64,000 nucleotides of DNA, from positions 32,001 through 96,000 of the forward strand of contig CAWFOM010000010.1 of assembly GCA_963817385.1 (NCBI GenBank), read 5' to 3'. The position numbers and the translations under genes are program-made. The notes beneath the pieces were generated by a model that worked only from the letters and a program-made list of their open reading frames with translations, was not told where the DNA came from and made no database searches. The DNA is from an uncultured delta proteobacterium. GTDB lineage: Bacteria; Desulfobacterota; Syntrophia; Syntrophales; UBA5619. Shown one piece after another: positions 1 through 9,632 of the stretch; within the stretch, counting starts at the first letter, position 1, and every line of letters starts with the position of its first letter.

Positions 1-179
1 GAGGGGATCAGGAAAAGCATGAGCTGTGCTATGTCCCGAAAACGGATTCCTTTATTGATCATCAGATCCATCAGTTGGAGGATCTTCCCCATGAGGAGCA
101 CAAAGGTCAATACAAAGAGAATCATGCAGAAGGGAACTGCGATTTCTTTGAGGATATAGCGGTTAATCAAACGATGCAT
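1..179 (-). CDS. lptF: LPS export ABC transporter permease LptF (5' part; runs off the window)
   Basis: Manual translation MHRLINRYILKEIAVPFCMILFVLTFVLLMGKILQLMDLMINKGIRFRDIAQLMLFLIP is a typical LptF/YjgP N-terminus; AAGGAG RBS upstream. Confidence 0.85.
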   Translation of the reverse strand, partial: MHRLINRYILKEIAVPFCMILFVLTFVLLMGKILQLMDLMINKGIRFRDIAQLMLFLIP

Positions 180-212
180 GGGGAAGACCGGCTCCTTATA
201 CGTCTCACATCA

Positions 213-269
213 TCAGGCGGAGAGGCTTGATGAAAGCGGGATCATCTTTTTCCACTCGATTCTGGACAT
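213..269 (-). CDS. Putative 18-aa small ORF/leader peptide (MSRIEWKKMIPLSSSLSA) upstream of lptF
   Basis: GAGGAGGT Shine-Dalgarno a few nt before ATG; tandem TGA TGA stop; ends just before the lptF RBS. Confidence 0.35.
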   Translation of the reverse strand: MSRIEWKKMIPLSSSLSA

Positions 270-464
270 TCTGAAGACCTCCTCATTGCACGATGGATTA
301 TGAAGGAAGGGATATTGCCTCTGTGAAATTGCATATATTGATGGGTATGTCAAGAACAAGTGGGGGAGTGATGGTCCGGTGATTAATCGTTTGACAAGCC
401 CTGCGATTGTGTGGAATAAGAACCCACGAAAACAGAGGTTTTGACGGTTACGGGGTGGAAACGC

Positions 465-2126
465 ATGCGAGACGGAACAAAAAAATTCTTCATTCTTTTC
501 ATCATCCCCGTTTTGCTTTACCTGGCTCCGCTGCCGTTTACCCCCCTGATGGAGCCGGACGAAGGGAGATACAGTTCCATCCCCAGCGCCATGAATGCCA
601 CCGGCGATTACGTCACACCTCGTCTGAAGGCGGCAGTCTATTTTGAGAAACCGCCCCTTGCCTACTGGGCGACGGCCTTCTTCTTCAGGATTTTCGGAGA
701 AAATGAATTCGCATCCCGCCTGTTTGCGGCCCTCGCGGCCTGGGGATGCATCATTCTGACCTATCGCATGGGGCTCTTCTTCCATGATGCACGGACGGGG
801 CTTTTCGCCGCCGCGATCCTAACAACTTTTCTTTACCATGCCGCGATCGGGAGGATCAATATCCTCGACATGCCGCTCGCCTTTTTCGTCTGTATGGGAA
901 TCTGGTCCGGGTTCCGCTATTATGCAGCCGGGGACCGGCGCAGGATCAGACTTCATCTGCTCTATCTTTTCAGCGCCCTGGCGTTTCTCTCCAAAGGCCT
1001 GATCGGAATCGTTTTCCCCTTCGGCGTTATTGTTATCTGGCTCATCCTCTCCCGCCGCTGGCGGGAAACCATCGCCCTTGTTTCCCCCACCGGCATCCTG
1101 ATGTTTGCAGCCATTACCCTGCCATGGTTGATCCTCGTCCAGCAGGCGAATCCCGACTTCTTCCGCTTTTTTTTCATCCAGGAGCATCTGCTGCGTTACG
1201 CCACCCAGATGCATGGCCGCTACCAGCCCATCTACTTCTACCTTCCGATCATCCTGGCCGGAACGCTTCCCTGGTGCGCCTATCTGCCGGAGGCCGTGCG
1301 GGGCTTCCGGCGGAAGGCGGAAGGCCTTTTCAGCGGTATCGAAAAACGGATTCTCCTTACCTGGCTCGCCACGATCCTGATCTTTTTTTCCATTTCCTCA
1401 TCGAAACTCATCCCCTATATCGCACCGGTATTCCCCCCCCTCGCGGTTTTCTTCGGCCATCTCTTCCGGAGATACGAGGATGAGGCGGATGCCGCAGGGG
1501 AGCGGAGGACCGTTCCGCTCGGGTACCGGGTGACCGTGATCCTGCAATCCATTCTGTTTATGGCCGTCCTGGTGGCGCCCGTTTTTCTTCCCAAGCATCG
1601 GGTAGATCCGGGAACGTGGTGGCCCTGGATCGCCTTCCCCGTTCTCATCCAGATCCTGATTCTCTTCGTTCCCGATCTCGTCCGGGCAAAGACGGGGAAA
1701 GGGTGGTTCATGACGGTCTATCTCCTGACTGCCCTGTTCCTCGGCTCCGTCACCTTTCCCGTGGCGCAGTATATGACCCCGTATAAATCCGCTTATCCGC
1801 TTTCGCAGGCAGTCATTGCCAATCTTCCTGCCGGCGCCACCCTGTATCAGTATGGAATGTCCCTCTACGGCATCGATTTCTATACCGGGATGAGGACCCC
1901 CATCGTCGACGACATCGGCGAGGTAAGATACGGCAGTGAGCAGCTTCCCCGCGAAGAGCGGGAGGCGTATTTCCTCACATCCGATACCTTTTTCCCGATG
2001 GTGAAGCAAAAGGAGCGGGTCTACTGCGCGACGGAGAGTGAAAAAATGGAACGGCTGAAAAAAGAGATTCCCGGCCTGACGGTCTTGTGGCATAATAGCG
2101 ACTACTATCTGGTAATGTTGAAATGA
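465..2126 (+). CDS. arnT: ArnT-family (GT83/PMT-like) undecaprenyl-phosphate-L-Ara4N lipid A transferase
   Basis: PDEGRY and YFEKPPL motifs, LSKG, ~13 hydrophobic segments; first gene of the arn cluster; start uncertain (441 TTG or 465 ATG). Confidence 0.85.
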   Translation: MRDGTKKFFILFIIPVLLYLAPLPFTPLMEPDEGRYSSIPSAMNATGDYVTPRLKAAVYFEKPPLAYWATAFFFRIFGENEFASRLFAALAAWGCIILTYRMGLFFHDARTGLFAAAILTTFLYHAAIGRINILDMPLAFFVCMGIWSGFRYYAAGDRRRIRLHLLYLFSALAFLSKGLIGIVFPFGVIVIWLILSRRWRETIALVSPTGILMFAAITLPWLILVQQANPDFFRFFFIQEHLLRYATQMHGRYQPIYFYLPIILAGTLPWCAYLPEAVRGFRRKAEGLFSGIEKRILLTWLATILIFFSISSSKLIPYIAPVFPPLAVFFGHLFRRYEDEADAAGERRTVPLGYRVTVILQSILFMAVLVAPVFLPKHRVDPGTWWPWIAFPVLIQILILFVPDLVRAKTGKGWFMTVYLLTALFLGSVTFPVAQYMTPYKSAYPLSQAVIANLPAGATLYQYGMSLYGIDFYTGMRTPIVDDIGEVRYGSEQLPREEREAYFLTSDTFFPMVKQKERVYCATESEKMERLKKEIPGLTVLWHNSDYYLVMLK

Positions 2127-2147
2127 TCCTGCGAAAGGTGTGATTTC

Positions 2148-3305
2148 ATGATTGAGATGAGAGAGGATTTCTTACCGCTTAACCGGCCGTCCATCGGAGA
2201 AGCGGAGATCGCGGGGGTGACCGCGTGTCTAAAATCGCAATGGATCACAACAGGGCCTCTTTGCAAGACATTCGAGGAGCAGTTTACGTCCCTCACCGGA
2301 GCCGGATATGCCGTTTCGGTCGCCTCCGCAACGGCCGGGATGCATCTCGTACTCATGGCCCTCGGCATCGGACCGGGGGATGAGGTTATTACCCCGTCCA
2401 TGACCTTTGCCTCCACAGTCAACATGATCGCCATGCGCGGGGCCCGACCGGTCTTTGTTGATGTCCATTATGATACGCTCAACATCAACGCCGATGAGAT
2501 CGAGGCGCGGATCACGTCCCGTACCCGGGCGATCATCCCCGTTCATTTCGCCGGGGCGCCGGCGGAGATGGATCGGATCGGAGAGATTGCCGGCCGCCAT
2601 CATCTGAGAGTCATCGAAGACGCGGCCCATGCGATCGGAACGCGCTTCCGGGACGCGCATGCCGGGGGTTTTGGAGGGATTGCCGTCTTTTCCTTTCACC
2701 CCATCAAGAACATCACGACGGGCGAGGGCGGGATGATTACCCATAGCGATGATCTGCTCGAAAAAAAACTCCGGAAATTGAGGTTTCACGGCATTGAACG
2801 CGACGCCTGGAAGCGGTACGGAAAAGGGGGAAACCCGGAATACGACATCGAGGAGCCCGGCTACAAATACAATCTTACGGATATCCAGGCGGCCCTGGGG
2901 ATCGCCCAACTTGGACGGCTGGAAGAATTCAACCGGCGCAGGTCAGCACTCGTGGAACTCTATCGTGAGGGGCTCAGGGATGTGGAGGGGATCGAACTTC
3001 CCGCCGATCCGCCGTACCCCCATACCCATGCGCGTCATATTTTCGTGGTAAAGATCCGGGCGATGGAGCGTTCGCGCTTCATGGAGCGGCTTTCCGAATA
3101 CAACATCGGTTACGGCGTTCATTTCCCGGCCTGCCATCTCCTGAACTATGTAAAAAGTCGCTTTGGCATCACAACGCTGCCGGAGACGGAACGCGCCGCC
3201 GGAGAGATCCTCTCGCTGCCCCTCTTTCCGGATATGGCCGATGATGACGTTGCCTATGTGTGCGGAGCAGTGCGCGAAATTCTGCACACGGTCAGGAGGC
3301 GCTGA
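2148..3305 (+). CDS. arnB: UDP-4-amino-4-deoxy-L-arabinose aminotransferase (DegT/DnrJ family)
   Basis: WITTGP, EDAAHA, SFHPIKNITTGEGG PLP-lysine motif, GYKYNLTDI. Confidence 0.9.
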   Translation: MIEMREDFLPLNRPSIGEAEIAGVTACLKSQWITTGPLCKTFEEQFTSLTGAGYAVSVASATAGMHLVLMALGIGPGDEVITPSMTFASTVNMIAMRGARPVFVDVHYDTLNINADEIEARITSRTRAIIPVHFAGAPAEMDRIGEIAGRHHLRVIEDAAHAIGTRFRDAHAGGFGGIAVFSFHPIKNITTGEGGMITHSDDLLEKKLRKLRFHGIERDAWKRYGKGGNPEYDIEEPGYKYNLTDIQAALGIAQLGRLEEFNRRRSALVELYREGLRDVEGIELPADPPYPHTHARHIFVVKIRAMERSRFMERLSEYNIGYGVHFPACHLLNYVKSRFGITTLPETERAAGEILSLPLFPDMADDDVAYVCGAVREILHTVRRR

Positions 3306-3322
3306 TGAGGGAAGGGGAACCC

Positions 3323-4282
3323 ATGCATTCACAACCAACGATCTCTCTCGTGATCCCGGTATACAATGAAGAGGGAAATCTCCCGACGCTGATGGAGAGG
3401 ATCGCTCCGGTGATGTCGGCGATGGAGCGGCCCTTTGAAGTCATTCTGGTTGATGACGGCAGCCGGGACCGTTCGCTCGAGATACTCAAGGGATTCACCC
3501 GATCTCCGGAAGTCAGGGTCGTGGAACTGACGAAAAATTACGGTCAGCATGCGGCGATCCTGGCCGGCTTCTCCATCGTCCGCGGGGAGATGGTCGTAAC
3601 CCTCGATGCGGACCTTCAGAATCCCCCTGAGGAGATCCCCCGTCTCATCAAGACGATGGAGGAGGGCGGGTTTGACGTAGTGGGCACGATCCGCAGGGGA
3701 CGGAAAGACTCTTTTTACCGGATCATACCCTCAAAGGTTATCAATATGGTAGCCAGGAAGATCACCGGCGTCCGGATGACCGACTGGGGGTGCATGCTTC
3801 GCGCGTATCGCCGGCCGGTCGTGGAGCGGATGATCGCCTGCCATGAACACGCGACCTTCATCCCGGCACTCGCCACCCACTTCGGGAAACGGGTGACCGA
3901 GATCGAGGTTGCCCACGAAGAACGGCACGGAGGTAAGTCTAATTACCCCCTCCGGAAGCTGATCAACCTCCAGTTTGACCTGGTGGCCTCATTTTCCGAT
4001 CTTCCCATCAAGCTCATCATGTACGGCGGGGTTGCAATGGCGGCCCTCGGCGTCTGCTTCGGCATTGTCCTTGCGGTCGCGCGTCTCGTCTATGGCGCAC
4101 TCTGGGCTGCTCAGGGAGTATTTACCCTGTTTGCGGTCCTCTTCGCATTTGTGGGATTGCAGTTTTTCGCGCTCGGCGTCATCGGTGAGTATATCGGCAG
4201 AATCTACCGCGAGGTCCGCAAACGGCCGGAATACGTGATCGAGCGGGTCTATGGCACCGATGCAGGGGGCAGCGACGCATAG
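3323..4282 (+). CDS. arnC: Undecaprenyl-phosphate 4-deoxy-4-formamido-L-arabinose transferase (GT2)
   Basis: VIPVYNEE, VDDGSRD, NYGQHAA, DADLQNPP, C-terminal TM pair and GEYIGRIY; start 3305 or 3323. Confidence 0.88.
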   Translation: MHSQPTISLVIPVYNEEGNLPTLMERIAPVMSAMERPFEVILVDDGSRDRSLEILKGFTRSPEVRVVELTKNYGQHAAILAGFSIVRGEMVVTLDADLQNPPEEIPRLIKTMEEGGFDVVGTIRRGRKDSFYRIIPSKVINMVARKITGVRMTDWGCMLRAYRRPVVERMIACHEHATFIPALATHFGKRVTEIEVAHEERHGGKSNYPLRKLINLQFDLVASFSDLPIKLIMYGGVAMAALGVCFGIVLAVARLVYGALWAAQGVFTLFAVLFAFVGLQFFALGVIGEYIGRIYREVRKRPEYVIERVYGTDAGGSDA

Positions 4283-4297
4283 CCGCGGGGAGGGGAG

Positions 4298-5227
4298 ATG
4301 AAAAGCGTCGTTTTCGCCTATCACAATATGGGACTCGCAGGCCTCCGGGCGCTCCAGCGAGCGGGTTATGAGATCGCCTGCGTTTTTTCCCACGATGACG
4401 ACCCGGATGAAAATTGTTGGTTCGGTTCCGTGAAGGCGTGGGCGATTGATCAGGCTATTCCGGTCTACTGCCCGGTGAATGTGAACCAGCCGGAGTGGAT
4501 CGCCAGGATCGGCGCTATGCGGCCGGAGGTGATCTTCTCCTTCTATTACCGCCACATGATCACGGATGCGATCCTGCACCTGCCGAACCGGGGCGCCTAT
4601 AACCTGCACGGGTCGCTTCTTCCCGCCTACCGGGGGCGGTGTCCCGTGAACTGGGTCCTCGTTCGGGGCGAGACCAGGACCGGAGTCACCCTTCATCACA
4701 TGGTGAGGAAAGCCGATGCGGGCGACATCGTCGGCCAGAGGGTCGTACCTATCGAGAAAACGGATACGGCAGTCATCCTCTATCAAAAGCTCTGTGGGGC
4801 AGCAGGTGAGCTCCTCGATCATCTCCTTCCTCTCATGAAGGAAGGTAGAGCGCCGCGCATTCCACAAGATATCATGAGCGGCGGCTATTTCGGCGGCCGA
4901 AGACCGGAAGACGGCAGAATCGATTGGCGATGGCCGGCCGAAAGGATCTATAACCTGATTCGCGCTGTTACGGAACCCTATCCCGGGGCGTTTTGTACGC
5001 TTCCGGACGGCTCCCCGCTGTTTATCTGGTGGGCTGTTCCAGAGGAAGGGAGGGGGGGGGCCGCAGCAGATTCCCCGGGAACGGTCCGGATCGAAGGTAC
5101 CGGGGTCCTGGTTTCGACGGGGAGGGGAAGATTGCGATTACTGAGCCTTTCGGCGGGCAAAACAAAGATGACCGGGGAAGGGCTCATCCATTACTTTAAA
5201 GACAGGGAAGGACTGATGTTATCATGA
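4298..5227 (+). CDS. arnA: ArnA N-terminal half: UDP-L-Ara4N formyltransferase (stand-alone)
   Basis: VVFAYHNMG start, FSFYYR, NLHGSLLPAYRGRCPVNW, YFGGRRPEDG, RAVTEPYPGAF. Confidence 0.88.
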   Translation: MKSVVFAYHNMGLAGLRALQRAGYEIACVFSHDDDPDENCWFGSVKAWAIDQAIPVYCPVNVNQPEWIARIGAMRPEVIFSFYYRHMITDAILHLPNRGAYNLHGSLLPAYRGRCPVNWVLVRGETRTGVTLHHMVRKADAGDIVGQRVVPIEKTDTAVILYQKLCGAAGELLDHLLPLMKEGRAPRIPQDIMSGGYFGGRRPEDGRIDWRWPAERIYNLIRAVTEPYPGAFCTLPDGSPLFIWWAVPEEGRGGAAADSPGTVRIEGTGVLVSTGRGRLRLLSLSAGKTKMTGEGLIHYFKDREGLMLS

Positions 5228-6258
5228 AGATTTTGATTCTTGGGGTGAACGGCTTTATCGGTCATCATTTGACCAAGCGGATTCTCGACGAGACAGACTG
5301 GAGTGTATTCGGTATGGACCTGTCCGATGACCGTCTCGGGAAATCACTCGAAAATCCGCGCTTCCACTTCATCGAGGGAGACATTGCGATCAACCGGGAA
5401 TGGATCGAGTATCATGTCAAGAAATGTGACGTCGTTCTTCCGCTGGTGGCGATCGCGACGCCAAAGCTCTATGTAGAAGATCCCATCAGTGTCTACAACC
5501 TTGATTTTGAGATGAATCTCAACGTGATCAAGCAGTGCGTGAAGTACCACAAGCGGGTGGTTTTCCCGTCCACCTCGGAAGTATACGGCGCCTGCCCGGA
5601 TCCGGAGTTCAAGGAAGACGAGAGTTACCTCGTGGTGGGACCGATCCAGAAGGAGCGATGGATCTACTCCTGCTGCAAGCAGCTCCTGGACCGCGTCATC
5701 TACGCCTATGGCACGCGGGGACACGTGGAATTCACCCTGTTTCGGCCCTTCAACTGGGTTGGCCCCCGCCTCGATTCCCTCAATACCGCGAAGGAGGGGA
5801 GCTCCCGCGTCGTCACGCAGTTCATCGCCGAGTTGCTCATGAAGCGGCCGATCTCCCTCGTCGACGGCGGAGGCCAGAAGCGCTGTTTCACGTATGTCGA
5901 CGACGGAATTGCGGCACTGCTCGGCATTCTTGCCAATCGCGACGATCTCTGCAAAAATCAGATTATCAACATCGGCAATCCCGAAAATGAATGCTCCGTC
6001 CGGGAACTGGCCCACCTCCTGAAAGAGCTTTTCATGGCCCATCCGGACCATCGCTCGGACGCGACCTATTCGGAGATCATCGAGGTTCCTGCTCTGACCT
6101 ATTACGGGAAAGGGTATCAGGATATCATTACGCGGAAGCCGAGCATCGAAAAGGCGCGTATGCTCCTGGGGTGGTCGCCGAAGATCGGCCTGGAAGATTC
6201 CCTTCGAATGACCCTCTATTCATTCCTCGAAGAAAACGAGCCTTCCTTTCGCGAGTAA
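5224..6258 (+). CDS. arnA: ArnA C-terminal half: UDP-glucuronate dehydrogenase/decarboxylase (stand-alone)
   Basis: ILGVNGFIG, EWIEYHVKKCD, FPSTSEVYG, RWIY, RPFNWVGPRLD, YYGKGYQD; ATGA overlap with the formyltransferase gene. Confidence 0.9.
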   Translation: MKILILGVNGFIGHHLTKRILDETDWSVFGMDLSDDRLGKSLENPRFHFIEGDIAINREWIEYHVKKCDVVLPLVAIATPKLYVEDPISVYNLDFEMNLNVIKQCVKYHKRVVFPSTSEVYGACPDPEFKEDESYLVVGPIQKERWIYSCCKQLLDRVIYAYGTRGHVEFTLFRPFNWVGPRLDSLNTAKEGSSRVVTQFIAELLMKRPISLVDGGGQKRCFTYVDDGIAALLGILANRDDLCKNQIINIGNPENECSVRELAHLLKELFMAHPDHRSDATYSEIIEVPALTYYGKGYQDIITRKPSIEKARMLLGWSPKIGLEDSLRMTLYSFLEENEPSFRE

Positions 6259-6305
6259 GGGCGTTTTTTTGTTGTCGGGCAGGCGGCTCGCGATGAGGAG
6301 GGGGT

Positions 6306-7217
6306 GTGACAAAGCTCCTGGGACTGAAAATCGATGTGGACACCTATCAGGGAATGAAGCAGGGGGTTCCCCGACTTCTCTCCTTGTTAAAGGATGAGGG
6401 TCTCCGCGCAACCTTTTACCTGAGTGTCGGACCGGATGCCTCGGGAAGGGCCATCCTGCAGATTCTCAAGAATCCCCGCTTTCTCAAAAAGATGGTACGG
6501 ACGCGCGCCGCCAGCCTTTATGGTCTGAGGACCGCACTGTACGGAACCCTCTTGCCTTCCCCCCTCATCGCCCTTTCGTTCCCTGAGATGGTGCGGCGTA
6601 TCATGGCGGAAGGCCATGAGGTGCAGTTTCACGCATGGGATCACCGCCGCTGGCAGGATGAGCTCACCGTCCGCCCGGAGGGATGGATACGCGACTGGTT
6701 TAACCGGGGGATCGCCGGATTTGAGCGGCTGACGGGAGGCCCCCCCTCTTCGTTCGGTGCCCCCGCCTGGCTGATCGACGATCGTGTTTTTGCCATTGTC
6801 CCCCCCTACCGTTTTGACTACCTGAGCTGCACCCGGGCAACGTCTCCCTTCATCCATGCAGGGGTCGATATTATCGAGATCCCCTCGGATCTTCCGTGCT
6901 TCGAGGAGATGGGTCCTCAGGAGGGCGAGGAGCAGATTTTATCAATGCTGGGGTCCGGGGGGATTCACGTCCTGCCGGTTCATGCGGAGGTCGAGGGCGG
7001 ACTGATGAGCGAACGATTCATCAGCCTCATTCACGCCGTGAAAAAGATCGATTACGGCTTCCTGCCGCTGAATGAAATTTTGCCGCTGCTGAACCGCAAA
7101 GACCTCGTCACCCGGCGATTCCGCCTGGCAGCTCCTTCCGGGACGATCCGCTCCCTGCGCCGTTTGAACAAGCTGTTCCTCCGCTCATTCGATGGGAACG
7201 GAGAGGGAGCCCGATAA
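6306..7217 (+). CDS. arnD: ArnD-type Ara4FN deformylase (polysaccharide deacetylase family); probable +1 frameshift near 7128, true end probably 7167
   Basis: LKIDVDTYQG, GPD, HAWDH, HAEVEG motifs; the alternative frame gives QLLPGRSAPCAV*, resembling the conserved PGR C-terminus. Confidence 0.82.
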   Translation: MTKLLGLKIDVDTYQGMKQGVPRLLSLLKDEGLRATFYLSVGPDASGRAILQILKNPRFLKKMVRTRAASLYGLRTALYGTLLPSPLIALSFPEMVRRIMAEGHEVQFHAWDHRRWQDELTVRPEGWIRDWFNRGIAGFERLTGGPPSSFGAPAWLIDDRVFAIVPPYRFDYLSCTRATSPFIHAGVDIIEIPSDLPCFEEMGPQEGEEQILSMLGSGGIHVLPVHAEVEGGLMSERFISLIHAVKKIDYGFLPLNEILPLLNRKDLVTRRFRLAAPSGTIRSLRRLNKLFLRSFDGNGEGAR

Positions 7218-7433
7218 ATACCTTGTTGACCGCGGAGTCGAACATCTGATATGAAACCGACGTATACACAAGAGTTCCATCCATTCCCGTTGAAAAAATG
7301 ATTACCGCATGCAAACGGTTCATCACAGATTTATTTTGGCAATTGTCCGGTACAGGATGATAATCGTTTTTGGCATAAGGGGGTATATGGCCTGAAAAAG
7401 TACTGATTTTTAACAAACAAGGAGGTTAGGCGT

Positions 7434-8441
7434 ATGAAACGGGTAGGGATTTTTATTATCGTTGGTATCATGGCAGTATGCCTGGCAGTGAACGCAGGTG
7501 CCGCGGAAAAGGTAACGGTTTACACCTCGCTGGAGACTGATGAGACGGTAAAATATCTCGAAGCAGCCAGGAGGGATATGCCGGACCTCGAAATCAACAT
7601 CATCCGCCTGTCCACGGGTGAACTGGGTGCCCGAATGCTCGCGGAAAAAGACAATCCGCAGGCCGATGTGGTCTGGGGGTGGGCGGTTACCGGCATGGAA
7701 GAATTTATTCCCCTGGGCATGTTTGAGCCCTACAAACCCAAAGGCGTCGAAAAACTCGAAAAGCGCTTTGTGCACCCCAAGTATGATTACGTCGGCATCG
7801 ATATGTATATCGCCGCCTTTTGCGTGAATACCAAAGTTTTAAAGGAGAAGGGCTTGCCCATGCCCAAGGGATGGAACGATCTCCTTGACCCGCGATTCAA
7901 GGGTCTCGTTACGATGCCCAATCCGGTGGCCTCCGGGACGGGATTCCTCCAGATCTCCAGTATCCTGCAGATGTACGGTGCGAAAGAAGGCAAGGAGGAC
8001 GGCTGGGAGTTCTTAAAGAAACTCGACAAGAATATCGGCCAGTATATCAAGAGCGGATCGAGACCGGCCAAAATGACCGCCGCCGGTGAATTTGCCGTTG
8101 GCGCCTCGTTCGATTTCGTCGTTGCCGAACAGAAAAAACAGGGCTTCCCTGTCGAATTTGTCTTCCCCGTCGAAGGGGCAGGATATGAGGTCGAGGCTAA
8201 TGCCCTCATCAAAGGAGCAAAAAACCCTCGCGCCGCGAAGAGATTTCTTGACTGGGCCATCACCGATAATGCCATGAAAGAGTACTCACAATTCAAGTAC
8301 GGTGTTACCCTCCCCGGAATCCCCACCCGACCGGATTTGCCCAAGTTATCCGAGATAAAGTTGTATCCCATGGATTTTGGTTGGCAAGCCAAGAACGCTG
8401 AAGCCATAAAGAAAAAATGGGAGAGCCTCTTTTCGAAGTGA
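7434..8441 (+). CDS. ABC transporter substrate-binding protein (AfuA/2-aminoethylphosphonate PhnS2-like)
   Basis: Signal peptide; VTVYTSLE, RLSTGEL, AEKDNPQADVVWG, MPNPVASGTGF, KSGSRP motifs. Confidence 0.8.
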   Translation: MKRVGIFIIVGIMAVCLAVNAGAAEKVTVYTSLETDETVKYLEAARRDMPDLEINIIRLSTGELGARMLAEKDNPQADVVWGWAVTGMEEFIPLGMFEPYKPKGVEKLEKRFVHPKYDYVGIDMYIAAFCVNTKVLKEKGLPMPKGWNDLLDPRFKGLVTMPNPVASGTGFLQISSILQMYGAKEGKEDGWEFLKKLDKNIGQYIKSGSRPAKMTAAGEFAVGASFDFVVAEQKKQGFPVEFVFPVEGAGYEVEANALIKGAKNPRAAKRFLDWAITDNAMKEYSQFKYGVTLPGIPTRPDLPKLSEIKLYPMDFGWQAKNAEAIKKKWESLFSK

Positions 8442-8445
8442 GTTA

Positions 8446-8500
8446 CCGTTTCCGGTCATCCTGCCTCAGGCAGGGTGACCGGAAACGGCACTATTTTTTT
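8446..8500 (+). terminator. 20-bp hairpin + T-tract between binding-protein and ATPase genes (partial terminator/mRNA stabiliser)
   Basis: CCGTTTCCGGTCATCCTGCC-tca-GGCAGGGTGACCGGAAACGG (one G-U pair) followed by cactaTTTTTTT. Confidence 0.75.
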
Positions 8501-8546
8501 GTCCATACTCTGTATAGATATCTCAACATCTAAGCGAGGCATACCC

Positions 8547-9632
8547 ATGGGAAGAGAACTCAGGCTGGATAACCTCACGAAATGCTACGGCAACCTGACC
8601 GCTGTGGATCATGTCAATTTGGAGATCCAGGAGGGGGAGTTCATCTGCTTTCTCGGCCCCAGCGGTTGCGGAAAAACCACTGTGCTGAGGATGATCACCG
8701 GGTTTGAGACGGTTACGGAGGGTAGTGTCATCTTCAACAACCGGGTGATCAACGATCTCATTCCCAAGAAGCGGGAATTCGGCATTGTCTTTCAATCCTA
8801 CGCCCTTTTCCCCAACATGACCGTGGAGGAGAATATCGCCTTTGGCCTCAAGATGAGGAAGATGCCGAAGAGGGCCATTGCCGAGAGGGTGGATGTCATG
8901 CTGGATCTTATCGGTCTGTCCGCTTGGCGCAGCCTCTATCCTGCCCAACTAAGCGGCGGACAGCAACAGCGGGTCGCCCTCGTGAGGGCGCTCGCTCCTG
9001 ATCCTCAGGTGCTTCTCCTTGACGAGCCCTTGAGCGCCCTTGATGCCAAAATCCGGCTCAGGCTCAGGGCGGAGATAAAGCGACTTCAGCAGGAATTGAA
9101 AAAGACCATGATCCATGTAACCCACGACCAGGAGGAGGCGCTATCCATCGCCGATCGGGTGGTCGTTATGGAGGGGGGGCGGTTTCGTCAGGTGGGCCGT
9201 CCGATCGACATCTATAAAAACCCGACCTGCAGTTTCGTCGCTGATTTTGTCGGAACCTCCAACTTCTTTAAAGGCAGCCGAAACGGTGATGTCGTTGATA
9301 TCGGCAGGAGGAAAATTCGGGTGATGAAGAACGGCTCTGCGGATAACGAGTCCGTTTCTCTGGCAATCAGGCCGGAAAATGTTGAAGTGTTCAAAAACGA
9401 CTCTCATCCCCAAGTTGCCGAGACCATGAACCTCTTCTCGGGGAGGATTGATGTGGTGGTTTTTCTGGGCGCGGCCGTTCGGCTTCTGATCAGCATGGAT
9501 GGCGAGGAAATCATATCCGATATTAATGAGAAGGAGTTTCGACTGCGGTCTTTGAAGCAGGGAGATGAGGTTCAACTGTATTTTCCTCCCGAAGCATTTC
9601 TGGTATTTCCTGAGGAGGGAGAGAAGAAATGA
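8547..9632 (+). CDS. ABC transporter ATP-binding protein (PotA/PhnT2-like, TOBE C-terminus)
   Basis: GPSGCGKT Walker A, LSGGQQQR, LLLDEPLSALD, HDQEEA; GAGG RBS before ATG 8547. Confidence 0.9.
   Translation: MGRELRLDNLTKCYGNLTAVDHVNLEIQEGEFICFLGPSGCGKTTVLRMITGFETVTEGSVIFNNRVINDLIPKKREFGIVFQSYALFPNMTVEENIAFGLKMRKMPKRAIAERVDVMLDLIGLSAWRSLYPAQLSGGQQQRVALVRALAPDPQVLLLDEPLSALDAKIRLRLRAEIKRLQQELKKTMIHVTHDQEEALSIADRVVVMEGGRFRQVGRPIDIYKNPTCSFVADFVGTSNFFKGSRNGDVVDIGRRKIRVMKNGSADNESVSLAIRPENVEVFKNDSHPQVAETMNLFSGRIDVVVFLGAAVRLLISMDGEEIISDINEKEFRLRSLKQGDEVQLYFPPEAFLVFPEEGEKK

Noticed and set aside
7200..7430. Sigma54 promoter or riboswitch upstream of the ABC operon
   Set aside because: The TGGCA words lack a correctly spaced -12 TGC, and no recognisable riboswitch consensus was seen
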